The position numbers and the translations under genes were made by a program. DNA of 34,717 bases, taken from positions 1 through 34,717 of the forward strand of contig JBAXBA010000035.1 of assembly GCA_037142195.1 (NCBI GenBank). The letters run 5' to 3'. Numbering within the stretch: position 1 is the first letter of the stretch; every line of letters begins with the position of its first letter. Of the stretch, positions 19,393 through 28,876 are shown piece by piece. This DNA comes from Pseudomonadota bacterium (GTDB lineage Bacteria > Bdellovibrionota_B > Oligoflexia > Oligoflexales > CAIMVM01). The notes under the pieces are model-generated. The model was not told where the DNA came from. It did not search any database and saw only the letters and a program-made list of their open reading frames with translations.

Positions 19393-20388
19393 CTATATTT
19401 CGTTTCTCCTCCAGGCTAATAAGGACTCAAAAACGCTTTCTGGGGTAACCAGGGCCATGCAAGCACATGATGCCAAGCGGCGGCAGTCAGAGCAAGACTT
19501 TGCCGCAACTTGATACGACGCCTTCTTGCCGATAGGAGCCCAGCGGGAAGGATCCATGGGTTTTATGGGGGGAAAGATTCCAAGAGCATGGATGCCCAAA
19601 GAAGCGGCTAGATGGAGAGGTCCTGTGCTAGCGGCTATGAGTCCATCACAGGCGCCTAGGAAGGGGATAAATTCCTCAAGGCTCAATGATCCCGCTAAAA
19701 AAATTACACCTTTGAGGCCCTGAGCCCATTCACGCAAGGGCTCTACTTCGTCGGGCCCCCCTGTTATGAAGAATTGAAATCGTCCATCTGCGAGTTCTAT
19801 CAGTGTTTTAAAATTATCAAGGCTCCACTCCCTGGCGCTTCCTTTGCTCTTGGGGTGTAGGATGATGTTTAATTTATCAACGCTTAGAAGCTTCTTGAAG
19901 TCAGGAGGTATCTTAGGGCTTTTTCGCATTCCATAATAGCCAGCCAAATCCGCTAGGGGAGGGAGGGTAGTCCCTTTCAGTCCGAGGAGACGGAAGTTGA
20001 GCTGGGCTTCATGGAGATCACTATTTTTCCTAGAAAAATCAATTTTTTCTGTGCACGTTAGCCAGTGATACCATCGGTGAGACGTGCCGATCCGCTGAGG
20101 AATGCCCGCTTTCTTACAAAGAAACGCAATTTCTTGAGACGGAAACACATGAAAAACGGTCTGAAAATCAAAGGACTTAAAAGTAGATAAAGCTTCTTTT
20201 GACTTCTTAAGTTCATCCCAGTTAAGAAAGCCGTCAATGTGTTGAGACGCCTCAATGACAGATTTGGTATAGGTCCTGCCTAAAAAGTAGACCTCACATG
20301 AGGGATATTTTGCTTTTAGCCATCCGGCTAATGGCAGGGTTAAAACAACATCACCAATTTTATCTGTACGTGAAATGAGAAAGCGCAC
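19393..20388 (-). CDS. Glycosyltransferase family 9 (ADP-heptose:LPS heptosyltransferase-like)
   Basis: RTDKIGDVVLTLP and STGPLHLAASLG motifs. Confidence 0.93.
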   Translation of the reverse strand: MRFLISRTDKIGDVVLTLPLAGWLKAKYPSCEVYFLGRTYTKSVIEASQHIDGFLNWDELKKSKEALSTFKSFDFQTVFHVFPSQEIAFLCKKAGIPQRIGTSHRWYHWLTCTEKIDFSRKNSDLHEAQLNFRLLGLKGTTLPPLADLAGYYGMRKSPKIPPDFKKLLSVDKLNIILHPKSKGSAREWSLDNFKTLIELADGRFQFFITGGPDEVEPLREWAQGLKGVIFLAGSLSLEEFIPFLGACDGLIAASTGPLHLAASLGIHALGIFPPIKPMDPSRWAPIGKKASYQVAAKSCSDCRRLASCACMALVTPESVFESLLAWRRNEI

Positions 20389-20460
20389 GTTTTCTCCTTT
20401 GGATTCCTTTGCTAATTCGCTAGGATGCCATAAAGTGATTTTAATTGGCAGGACAACTTT

Positions 20461-21468
20461 ATGAAAATTTGCATGGTATCTCTATTTCTTGTTGCGGGAT
20501 TTGCACACGGGGCATCCTTAACCCTTGATAAAGTTCGTAAGCGGGGCCAGTTGATCTGTGGGGTGGCGGAAGGCCTTCCTGGTTTTGGGCAGCCAGATGG
20601 AAAAGGTGGCTGGTCGGGCATCGATATTGATCTTTGCCGAGCAGTAGCAGCGGCTACTTTAGGCGATGCTAAAAAAATAAAATTTGTGCCTTTAAATGCG
20701 AAAGAGCGCTTCACGGCTTTACAGTCGGGGGCTGTCGATATTCTGTCGCGAAATACCACTTGGACACTGCAGCGAGATGCTTCCCTTAGCTTAGATTTCA
20801 CTGGGGTTACTTACTATGACGGCCAAGGCTTTATGGTAAAGAAAAAGCTTAAAATAAAGTCCGTGAAGCAACTGAATGGTGCCACGATCTGTGTCAATAC
20901 AGGAACCACCACGGAGCTTAATCTGGCGGACTATTTTCGGGCCAACAATCTTAAATTTAAAATGATCGCTTACGAGAAAAATGATGAGGTCGTAGGCGCC
21001 TATTTAGCGGGTCGTTGCGACGCATTTTCGACAGACCAGTCTGGACTCTACGCCTATAAATCTGCGTTTAAAGACCCAGAGGAACATGTCATTCTTCCTG
21101 AAATTATATCCAAAGAGCCCCTTGGTCCTGCCGTTCGCCACGGAGACAATACTTGGGGAGACATTGTCCGTTGGACCCTTTACGCGATGCTGGAAGCGGA
21201 AGAGTTTGGCGTGAATTCAGGGAATGTAAACTCTTTAAAAACATCGACCACAAACCCGAGTGTGAAGAGGCTGCTGGGTCTAGAAGGTGACCTTCATAAA
21301 GGGCTTGAATTAGATAAAGATTGGGTCTTTCGGATCATAGCTCAGGTGGGTAACTATGAGGATGTTTTTGAAAATAATTTGGGCTCTAAATCGCCATTAA
21401 AAATCGCTCGTGGCCAAAATGCCCTTTGGAGCAAGGGCGGCCTTCAGTATGCCATGCCTATTCGATAG
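20461..21468 (+). CDS. aapJ: General L-amino acid ABC transporter substrate-binding protein
   Basis: TLDKV..RGQLICG, RFTALQSG, ISKEPLGP and GGLQYAMPIR. Confidence 0.92.
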   Translation: MKICMVSLFLVAGFAHGASLTLDKVRKRGQLICGVAEGLPGFGQPDGKGGWSGIDIDLCRAVAAATLGDAKKIKFVPLNAKERFTALQSGAVDILSRNTTWTLQRDASLSLDFTGVTYYDGQGFMVKKKLKIKSVKQLNGATICVNTGTTTELNLADYFRANNLKFKMIAYEKNDEVVGAYLAGRCDAFSTDQSGLYAYKSAFKDPEEHVILPEIISKEPLGPAVRHGDNTWGDIVRWTLYAMLEAEEFGVNSGNVNSLKTSTTNPSVKRLLGLEGDLHKGLELDKDWVFRIIAQVGNYEDVFENNLGSKSPLKIARGQNALWSKGGLQYAMPIR

Positions 21469-21540
21469 GTTCGCAAAATAGGCGTTCCAAGCAGGTCGTA
21501 CTCCTAGATGAGCACTCTTAATTAGAAAGCTTTTTTCTTC

Positions 21541-22521
21541 ATGAAACGTCCCCGAAAGGTCCATATCAAGCAAAGCATCTTATGGCAGCTCGTGTTTGTC
21601 GGGATGGTCATAGCGGCAGCGTCATATGGGCTTCACAATGCCCTGGTGAACTTAGAGGCGCGAGGGATTTCGCGAGGGTTTGAATTTTTAAAAGTTACTG
21701 CTGGATTTGAGGTAGTTCAGGCTCTCATTTCTTTTGGTGAAGGTTCGACCTACTTGAGAGCTTTTTTAGTAGGCCTACTTAATACCGTTTATGTTTCGGT
21801 TCTAGCCATCGTAGGATCGCTTATTTTGGGTTTCCTAGTGGGCTTTGCGCGTTTTTTTGCGCATCCGTTGTCTCGTGGGTTAGCCAAAATGTGGATAGGT
21901 GGTATCAGGAACATTCCTTTGCTACTACAAATCTTTTTTATCTATTTTGCGGTGCTTCAGAGCCTTCCAGAGCCCCGCGACAGTCTTCAATTTGGAAACC
22001 TCATTTTCCTTAACAATCGGGGCGTTTTTTTTCCGTGGATTGTAAATGGTGAGTGGGTTCGCCCTGTGCTGGAAGGGTTTGACTTTGTGGGCGGAAATGT
22101 CGTCATTCCGGAACTTATAGCCTTAGCGTTGGGACTTACCTGCTATACCTCGGCTTTTGTAGGTGAGCTGGTCTATGCGAGTCTTAAAAGTGTGGACAAA
22201 GGATTGTGGGAGGCGAGTCGCTCCTTGGGGTTGTCCCATTTTCAGGCCCTACGCCTCGTAATTCTACCGGAATCCCTCAAGGTCCTTATTCCCCCGCTTA
22301 CGAACCAGTTCTTAAACGTCTTTAAAAACTCTTCTTTGGCGGCAGCTATAGGCTATCCCGATTTAGTGGCCGTTTTTGCCGGGACTGTGTTGAACCAGAC
22401 GGGGCAAGCTATGGAGGTGATCAGTATCACGATGATGGTTTATTTACTGATAAGTCTGCTCATTAGCATAGCTATGAATTATTTCAATTCCAGGTTAGCG
22501 CGGGTGAGGCGACATGTTTGA
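21541..22521 (+). CDS. aapQ: Amino acid ABC transporter permease
   Basis: GLLNT, RNIPLLLQ, EAA-like loop and NSSLAAAIGYPDL; position in the operon. Confidence 0.88.
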   Translation: MKRPRKVHIKQSILWQLVFVGMVIAAASYGLHNALVNLEARGISRGFEFLKVTAGFEVVQALISFGEGSTYLRAFLVGLLNTVYVSVLAIVGSLILGFLVGFARFFAHPLSRGLAKMWIGGIRNIPLLLQIFFIYFAVLQSLPEPRDSLQFGNLIFLNNRGVFFPWIVNGEWVRPVLEGFDFVGGNVVIPELIALALGLTCYTSAFVGELVYASLKSVDKGLWEASRSLGLSHFQALRLVILPESLKVLIPPLTNQFLNVFKNSSLAAAIGYPDLVAVFAGTVLNQTGQAMEVISITMMVYLLISLLISIAMNYFNSRLARVRRHV

Positions 22522-23545
22522 AAAAACTTTTATAAAGTCTTGTTTTGGATCCGTGGGTGCTACTCTTGTTTCCTTAATCTCATTAGCGATTTTAGGCGTC
22601 ATGGTTTCAAAAATTGCCCAATGGATGTTTTTGGGCGCTGTCTTTTCAGGATCTAGCTCGGAAGCATGTCGAGAAGCAACAGGAGCCTGTTGGGTTTTTG
22701 TGAAAGAAAATTTAGTCTTTTTTATGTACGGCATGCTGGAAAAAAAAGAGTATTGGAGGGCCCAGCTCTTTGTTTCTTGCGCTATAGCTGCGGTAAGTCT
22801 TTTATTCTTCAATAGGACAAAAACTCTGGGTCTATGGCTCAATTTCTTAGGAATGCCGCTATTAGCTATTGCCATCATCTATAACATCTTCTCACCTGAA
22901 ACAGGAGTGGATAGGGATGCCTTTGGTGGGCTGTTTTTGACTTTGTTTGTAGCATACTTTGGAATTCTATGGGCGTTTCCCATTGGGACCCTTCTTGCGC
23001 TTGGTAGAAAGTCGGGACCTGTCGTCGTAAGGTTATTTTGTATTTTTTGGATAGAAGTCTGGCGCGGAGTTCCCCTCATTACCGTACTCTTTATGTCAAG
23101 CGTTCTTGTGCCTTATTTTCTCCCTGAAGGAGTGGAGCTTTCTAAACTTACGCGGGCAATGTTTGGAATTGTCTGCTTTTCAGGCGCCTACATGGCAGAA
23201 GTGATTAGGGGAGGGCTTCAAGGAGTTGCTGGGGGACAAAGAGAAGTCTCCAGCGCTTTAGGTCTCAATTGGCTTCAAAGCATGCGTTACGTGGTTTTGC
23301 CTCAAGCTATAAAAATAGTCTCGCCGGCAATTTTAAATAACTTTATTAGTTTGTTTAAAGATACGACCTTGGTGGCAATTATTGGGATGTTTGATTTTTT
23401 AGGTGCGGTGCAAGCCGCGACTAAGAATTCAGCTTGGCTTGGCTATGCCAAGGAAGGATATGTTTTTGCGGCGTTGGTTTTTTGGATCTTTTGCTATGGA
23501 CTTTCTAAGCTGTCTTCTCGCTTAAATCCAATTTCAGAATCCTAG
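22514..23545 (+). CDS. aapM: Amino acid ABC transporter permease
   Basis: GACW, RGVPLITVLFM, AYMAEVIRGGLQ and FKDTTLV. Confidence 0.88.
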   Translation: MFEKTFIKSCFGSVGATLVSLISLAILGVMVSKIAQWMFLGAVFSGSSSEACREATGACWVFVKENLVFFMYGMLEKKEYWRAQLFVSCAIAAVSLLFFNRTKTLGLWLNFLGMPLLAIAIIYNIFSPETGVDRDAFGGLFLTLFVAYFGILWAFPIGTLLALGRKSGPVVVRLFCIFWIEVWRGVPLITVLFMSSVLVPYFLPEGVELSKLTRAMFGIVCFSGAYMAEVIRGGLQGVAGGQREVSSALGLNWLQSMRYVVLPQAIKIVSPAILNNFISLFKDTTLVAIIGMFDFLGAVQAATKNSAWLGYAKEGYVFAALVFWIFCYGLSKLSSRLNPISES

Positions 23546-23572
23546 ATTAAACTCAGATGGGAGAGTCATTCA

Positions 23573-24295
23573 ATGGACATTGAATTTAAACATGTTGGAA
23601 AAAGCTTCGGTGCCTTTAAGGCTCTAAGTGACATTAATCTTTCTGTGTCTAAAGGAGAAAAAATCGTCATTTGCGGCCCTTCTGGAAGTGGAAAATCGAC
23701 TCTCATTCGATTAGTAAACCAGTTGGAAGATTTTGATGAGGGTGAAATTATAGTCTTTGGTACGCCTCTGTCTCAGAAAACGAAATCTAAGTTTAGAGGG
23801 GAGGTGGGTATGGTTTTTCAACAGTTTAATCTTTTCCCTCACCTCACTGTTTTAGAAAACATCACATTGGCTCCCATTCAAGTCAAAAAATGGAGCCGAG
23901 AGGCCGCTGAGCAAAAAGCACGCGAGCTCCTGGCGCTAGTTCATATTGAAGATCAGGCCCAAAAGTATCCCGGATTTTTGTCTGGCGGCCAGCAGCAGAG
24001 AGTTGCCATTGCGAGAGCATTAGCCATGGAACCCAAAATTATGCTCTTTGATGAGCCTACTTCTGCTCTAGATCCGGAAATGATTTCCGAAGTTTTGGAT
24101 GTCATGAGCGATCTTGCTAAAAGTGGAATGACGATGCTATGTGTGACCCATGAAATGGGCTTTGCTAAGATGTTTGCCGATAGCGTGGTTTTTATGGAAA
24201 AAGGTCAGATTATCGAAAGAAATACGCCAGCTGAGTTTTTCTCCCAACCTAAAACTGAGCGAGCAAAAGAGTTTCTTTCTAAATTGAAGCATTAG
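23573..24295 (+). CDS. aapP: Amino acid ABC transporter ATP-binding protein
   Basis: [16 protein letters not shown] and [11 protein letters not shown]. Confidence 0.92.
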   Translation: MDIEFKHVGKSFGAFKALSDINLSVSKGEKIVICGPSGSGKSTLIRLVNQLEDFDEGEIIVFGTPLSQKTKSKFRGEVGMVFQQFNLFPHLTVLENITLAPIQVKKWSREAAEQKARELLALVHIEDQAQKYPGFLSGGQQQRVAIARALAMEPKIMLFDEPTSALDPEMISEVLDVMSDLAKSGMTMLCVTHEMGFAKMFADSVVFMEKGQIIERNTPAEFFSQPKTERAKEFLSKLKH

Positions 24296-24366
24296 AAGGT
24301 TCTGGCCTCTAATGAGACATAGGATGAGATGAGCAGCCTCTATAGAGAGGCATTTGAAAGGATTTT

Positions 24367-25371
24367 ATGCGCGGATTTTTATTAGTCAATCTTGGAACAC
24401 CTGACAGTCCTGAAGTAAAAGACGTGAGAAAGTATCTCATGGAGTTTTTGTCGGATCCTTTAGTTATCGACACACATCCGATTGTAAGGTGGCTTATTGT
24501 TAACTTTATCATAGCTCCCTTTCGGAGCCGTAAGTCAGCCGCGCTTTACAAGAAACTATGGACCGAACGGGGGAGCCCGCTTCTTTTTCATGGTCTTGAC
24601 TTAAGAGATCAGGTGGCTGGGATTTTAGGTCGAGAGTGGAAGGTAGAACTTGGCATGCGTTACGGGCAGCCGAGTATTGGTAGTGCTATAAAGTCTTTAG
24701 CTGACACCACTGACATGACCGTTTTTTTGCTGTTTCCGCAGTATTCAGCTGCTGCTTTTGAATCTGCGAAACTCAAAGTGGAAGAGGAGATCGCACAACA
24801 GGGATATACGGGACGTGTTAAGATTCTCAAACCCTATTTTGATCATCCCCAATTCATCCAGTCCTTTTCTGATCTAGCGAGGCCCCATATAAAAGACTAC
24901 AAAAAGGTTTTCTTTACCTTTCACGGAATCCCTGTTCGTCATTGTAAAAACTCTTCCCCTCAGTCCACGCGGTGCACCGTAGATAAAGCCTGTTGCGATA
25001 CCCTTAGAGACGACAACCGCAATTGTTACAAAGCACAGTGTTTTGCTTCTGCACGCGGCATTGCAAAGAACCTCGGCATCACTGATTATGAAATTGTCTT
25101 TCAATCTCGCTTTGGAAGAGATCCTTGGATTCAGCCTTTTGCTGACTATCGATTAGACGATATTATTAAAGAAGAAGTGGAATCGGTTATCTATATTTCT
25201 CCGTCTTTTACTGCGGATTGCCTGGAAACCGTAGAAGAAATAGGGGTAGGATATCGTGAGCTTTTTCTTAATGGGAAAGGCAAAAAATTTCACTTAGTAG
25301 AATCTTTAAATTCTAGAAAAGAGTGGGCTGAGGCAGTTGTGGCGATAGCCCACGATCAAGGATTAGCCTGA
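24367..25371 (+). CDS. hemH: Ferrochelatase with internal Cys-rich insert
   Basis: LLVNLGTP, GMRYGQP, PQYS, FHGIP, QSRFG..PWIQP and FTADCLET. Confidence 0.96.
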   Translation: MRGFLLVNLGTPDSPEVKDVRKYLMEFLSDPLVIDTHPIVRWLIVNFIIAPFRSRKSAALYKKLWTERGSPLLFHGLDLRDQVAGILGREWKVELGMRYGQPSIGSAIKSLADTTDMTVFLLFPQYSAAAFESAKLKVEEEIAQQGYTGRVKILKPYFDHPQFIQSFSDLARPHIKDYKKVFFTFHGIPVRHCKNSSPQSTRCTVDKACCDTLRDDNRNCYKAQCFASARGIAKNLGITDYEIVFQSRFGRDPWIQPFADYRLDDIIKEEVESVIYISPSFTADCLETVEEIGVGYRELFLNGKGKKFHLVESLNSRKEWAEAVVAIAHDQGLA

Positions 25372-26241
25372 GCCGTACCGATAATTGAGAGTATAAGAGA
25401 ATTTCAGATGATCTTTAGGCCATGACTTGGGAATCGGTTGAAATGGGGATGAGGCCCGCAATATTTTAAGCCAATGATTGTCGATAATGGAGTGGCCAGA
25501 AGAATTTGCAAGTTTCAGATCGGTAATTTTCCCTGATTTGTCGATTTCGATGAGGGCTACGGCAGAGCCGCTGATGCTAGAAAGGCCTTGAGAGTTCATA
25601 TACCTGGCTACTTCCAGTTCGCTGGGGTCATAAAATGCCAACTCTACGTTACGACGAATTTGGGCGAAAAAGCCCATGAGAGGATTCTTTAAAGAGTTTG
25701 CGTCGACGGTTTCCCCTAGAGTCATCTGTTGATCTACATAATCTTTATATCCTGCTGCCGTTTCAGCCGCTTGGAGCTGCTTGGAGGGGAGGAACTTTTG
25801 ATAAGCCTCGTCTCTCGAGAGTGGTTTTTTCGCTGGAACGATTGCGGCTTGATTTTTCTCAGGAACCATCTCTTGAGGCTTAGCTTCTACTTTATTGGGA
25901 ATCTCAGTTCCTTCACCGCCCTTGCCTAAAGTCAATTGACTTTCTTTTTTTGCCTGATGATCTTCAAAACTGTAGAAGTCAGGCTGTTTTGGTGGGGCTG
26001 TTTGAGTTTGTTTAGAAAATAGAATTTTGTTGGGATCTTTGGGTGCCGTCGGTTGTTTTGCGATCGCCATACGAATCGGTTGTGAGGGAGTCGAGGAATC
26101 TAACCTATGAGGAGCCTCGTTAGGAAGGAGTACGATAACCAATAAGTGAGTCAAGATGGCAAGAAGAATTAACACGACAAGGGCCCCAGACGAGTCTGGA
26201 AGCCCTTTTACCTGTCGTGCTATTTTAAGGTTCTCGCCCAT
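25363..26241 (-). CDS. TonB-family energy transducer (TonB/TolA C-terminal domain)
   Basis: TM helix with His, Pro/Lys/Gln-rich linker and C-terminal IDKSG...SSG..IID...SPF.PIP. Confidence 0.85.
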   Translation of the reverse strand: MGENLKIARQVKGLPDSSGALVVLILLAILTHLLVIVLLPNEAPHRLDSSTPSQPIRMAIAKQPTAPKDPNKILFSKQTQTAPPKQPDFYSFEDHQAKKESQLTLGKGGEGTEIPNKVEAKPQEMVPEKNQAAIVPAKKPLSRDEAYQKFLPSKQLQAAETAAGYKDYVDQQMTLGETVDANSLKNPLMGFFAQIRRNVELAFYDPSELEVARYMNSQGLSSISGSAVALIEIDKSGKITDLKLANSSGHSIIDNHWLKILRASSPFQPIPKSWPKDHLKFSYTLNYRYGSG

Positions 26242-26300
26242 AATGTCTCTTTATCCCTAGGTTCAGGTCTACGTGAGGTCCCGTCGATCAGAAGTCAAAT

Positions 26301-27200
26301 TTATTTGCTGTAAAAACTGAAGCGCGACCAGTAGTATCTTTTAAATTCTTCCCAATTGACTCCACCTTGCCCATAAACGTTTCCAGGTAAACTCGCCCAC
26401 TCGAGAGCAAGTTTATCAGTAACCGATCTTAAGTTCACGTTATCATTATACGACAACCCTCGAAGCTGTGCATATCCAAATCGATACCAAATTTTATAGA
26501 TGGCCATCTTGTCTTGTGATGCAGGAGAAAAGTCTGGAAGGCGACCGGTCAACCAAGGGATTTCTGATATTGGATTGTTAGCAATATAGGTTTGCGATTC
26601 ACTCCATGTGACAGGCATAATCTGGTAGCGTCCTGCGGCTGCAGAACATATATCAGTGCATACAACGGTATCTGGATGGCGGGCAAAACTACTAAAGTAT
26701 TTATAACCAAATAAGAGATTGTAGGCTCCAGAAGTCGTTGCTTCCGGGTTGTTTCTAAATTCAGAGTAAGCGATGGCGTCGAGCATGGCTAGAACCCCAG
26801 GTCTGTCGCCTGTAAAATGAAGTACGGAACCTGAAATGGGTCCACTGCCACTCGGAGAGGAGCCACCTCCCACACAGGGGGCTGTCTTTAAAAACGAGGT
26901 TGATACCCAGCCAGTGACGCCGGACTTGGTCTTCACATTTGTGAAGCGATGTGGCGCTAAACTGCCGGTTCCTGTTTTTGAACCGCCGATGAGTTGTACT
27001 GCCTGAGAAACCTGGAGTAAAGGAGCCGCTGTTGGGGCCAGTGCATCATTTCGCATAAGCACATCAGAGGTGCAAACATACCGAGTTGATGAAGATAGTT
27101 CTTCAGAAACATTCAATTTTTGTGGTTCACTTTGATTTCCGCACCCAATAAGGGGGAGTGAAGCTAGTAGATAAAGTGGTAGGGTATTGAAGTATTTCAT
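26301..27200 (-). CDS. Lipoprotein with SH3b-like domain and lambda-lysozyme-type (GH104-like) muramidase domain
   Basis: LIGC lipobox; GVTGWVS..FL; LDAIAYSE, AAGRYQI...TW, DFSPASQD and EWASLPG. Confidence 0.85.
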   Translation of the reverse strand: MKYFNTLPLYLLASLPLIGCGNQSEPQKLNVSEELSSSTRYVCTSDVLMRNDALAPTAAPLLQVSQAVQLIGGSKTGTGSLAPHRFTNVKTKSGVTGWVSTSFLKTAPCVGGGSSPSGSGPISGSVLHFTGDRPGVLAMLDAIAYSEFRNNPEATTSGAYNLLFGYKYFSSFARHPDTVVCTDICSAAAGRYQIMPVTWSESQTYIANNPISEIPWLTGRLPDFSPASQDKMAIYKIWYRFGYAQLRGLSYNDNVNLRSVTDKLALEWASLPGNVYGQGGVNWEEFKRYYWSRFSFYSK

Positions 27201-27336
27201 AGAACCTCCTTTTCATAGTTCTACTATCAAAAATGATGCCAGAAATTAGGTCAATCTTATCAATATGTTGGGGACTTACCTCTGTAGACGTACCTACCAC
27301 CCTGTTAGACATCTAAACATTTTTCTTGACTTGGGG

Positions 27337-27365
27337 TTGACACCTGATTTCGGCGGTGATAGATA
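27337..27365 (+). promoter_or_regulatory. Sigma-70-like promoter of the RRM gene
   Basis: TTGACA-N17-TAGATA. Confidence 0.45.
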
Positions 27366-27439
27366 TTTGCTTAGTTCCAAGTTCGGGTTCTGTGACGTGT
27401 CGCTCCAGTCCCACTTGTTTTTGAGAAGGATGTTTTAAG

Positions 27440-27745
27440 ATGGGAAAGAAGCTATACGTTGGAGGTCTTCCATACAGCACTACTGATGAGAGCCTACATG
27501 ACTTATTCCAAGAAGTTGGAGAAGTTGCAAGTGTAAGAATCATCACTGACCGTGATACACAGAGATCCAAAGGTTTTGGATTCGTGGAAATGGCATCAGA
27601 CTCACTAGCTGCTGAAGCTATTGAGCGCTTCGACGGTAAAGAGTTCGGCGGTCGCCGCATTACTGTTAACGAAGCACGCCCACAAGAGCCACGCGAAAAC
27701 AATCGCGGCCCACGTGGACCACGTCGTGAAAACAACTATCGCTAG
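27440..27745 (+). CDS. RRM (RNP-1) RNA-binding protein
   Basis: LYVGGL (RNP2), KGFGFVEM (RNP1) and ITVNEARP. Confidence 0.96.
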   Translation: MGKKLYVGGLPYSTTDESLHDLFQEVGEVASVRIITDRDTQRSKGFGFVEMASDSLAAEAIERFDGKEFGGRRITVNEARPQEPRENNRGPRGPRRENNYR

Positions 27746-27765
27746 GATTTATTCTAGAGAATGAG

Positions 27766-27797
27766 AAACCGAGCGAAAGCTCGGTTTTTTTCTTTTC
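27766..27797 (+). terminator. Rho-independent terminator
   Basis: AAACCGAGC-GAAA-GCTCGGTTT followed by a T tract. Confidence 0.92.
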
Positions 27798-27873
27798 TAT
27801 GCGAAGTCTGAGAAGTCCCATATTCTCCACTCAAATTGCAAATGAATCGGGCCTTCTTTACAAGGCCCGACTT

Positions 27874-27944
27874 TAGTTTTAAAAGATAGTTTTAAAAGAT
27901 AGTTTTAAAAGATAGTTTTAAAAGATAGTTTTAAAAGATAGTTT
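27874..27944. repeat. Perfect tandem repeat (TAGTTTTAAAAGA) x5 plus a partial unit
   Basis: Five identical 13-bp units plus TAGTTT, next to the hairpin TCGGGCCTT...AAGGCCCGA (27847-27870). Confidence 0.97.
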
Positions 27945-27973
27945 CGGCGAATAGGCGATGAAATTTTGCATTC

Positions 27974-28876
27974 CTAAGCCAAGCTAGGGTGATGGGCAAG
28001 GGACAGTTCTCTTTTTTTCATGAGATAAAAGGCTACATTTTTTTCATAGTAGCTGGCTTCGCCCACAAACATGGGATAGCTGGGCCCATCTAAAGGCATC
28101 GTGATTACGTTTCCCGAAGGTTCGATAAATGCCTGAAGAACGCCACTGAAGAGGCTAAAGTCTTTTCCGTCAAGGGCTGGATGGATCATGGCACTCAACT
28201 GCCCATTCTCTTCTAAAGGGTACATCACGGTTTGATATGGTTCGTAAATCTCCAAACTTTTATCCGTAAAGTGCTCGGGGTGTGCGTTCCAACACGTAAA
28301 AAAATCTAGCGCTGCTAGGACTGCTGACTGGGTGGTAAAGTAGATTTCAGCATTCCAAGTGCGTTGGGCGATGGGACCAATTTCAAAAGTAACGCCATTA
28401 TCTAAGGCATCTTTTAAAAATCCAGTTTTGCGGTCTCCATTCCAAAGGGCGACTTTAAGATTGGGAATAGCCTCACTCAAGAAGCGGGCAAAATGAAGAT
28501 TGATAAGGGAGTCATGACTCAAGATCAAACATGGCCCCGTAGCTGCAGTAGTGGTGTGGAGATCCATCACGAAATCCGCAGGATCCCTGCCTTGGGGACC
28601 ATAGATGGCAAGTATATTTCGTGCTAGTTGCACCTCTCGATCAGAAACACCTAAATCCGTTAAAAGCTCTTTTTGAAAAGAGCGATTTAAATCGCGATCC
28701 AAATAGCGTTTTTGCGCCTTAAAAGCCTCTGGATTGCTAATGATAGCAGACGTCCTAAAGGTCCTTCCAGAGAATAAGTCTGGCTTCTTTAATAAAGCGT
28801 GGATAAGCTTAACGCCAGTCCATTCGTCGCCATGGGTGCCACCAGCGATCAACAGGTGATGGATTTGCTGGTTCAT
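27974..28876 (-). CDS. Aspartoacylase / succinylglutamate desuccinylase family protein
   Basis: GGTHGDE, DLNRSF, DLHTT, FEIGP and [12 protein letters not shown]. Confidence 0.9.
   Translation of the reverse strand: MNQQIHHLLIAGGTHGDEWTGVKLIHALLKKPDLFSGRTFRTSAIISNPEAFKAQKRYLDRDLNRSFQKELLTDLGVSDREVQLARNILAIYGPQGRDPADFVMDLHTTTAATGPCLILSHDSLINLHFARFLSEAIPNLKVALWNGDRKTGFLKDALDNGVTFEIGPIAQRTWNAEIYFTTQSAVLAALDFFTCWNAHPEHFTDKSLEIYEPYQTVMYPLEENGQLSAMIHPALDGKDFSLFSGVLQAFIEPSGNVITMPLDGPSYPMFVGEASYYEKNVAFYLMKKRELSLAHHPSLA

Noticed and set aside
26301..27200. Prophage lysis cassette
   Set aside because: No holin, spanin, structural or integrase genes, and the protein has a lipoprotein signal.
27874..27944. 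CRISPR array or replication-origin 13-mers
   Set aside because: No spacers, no cas genes, and no DnaA-box cluster or origin-associated genes were seen.
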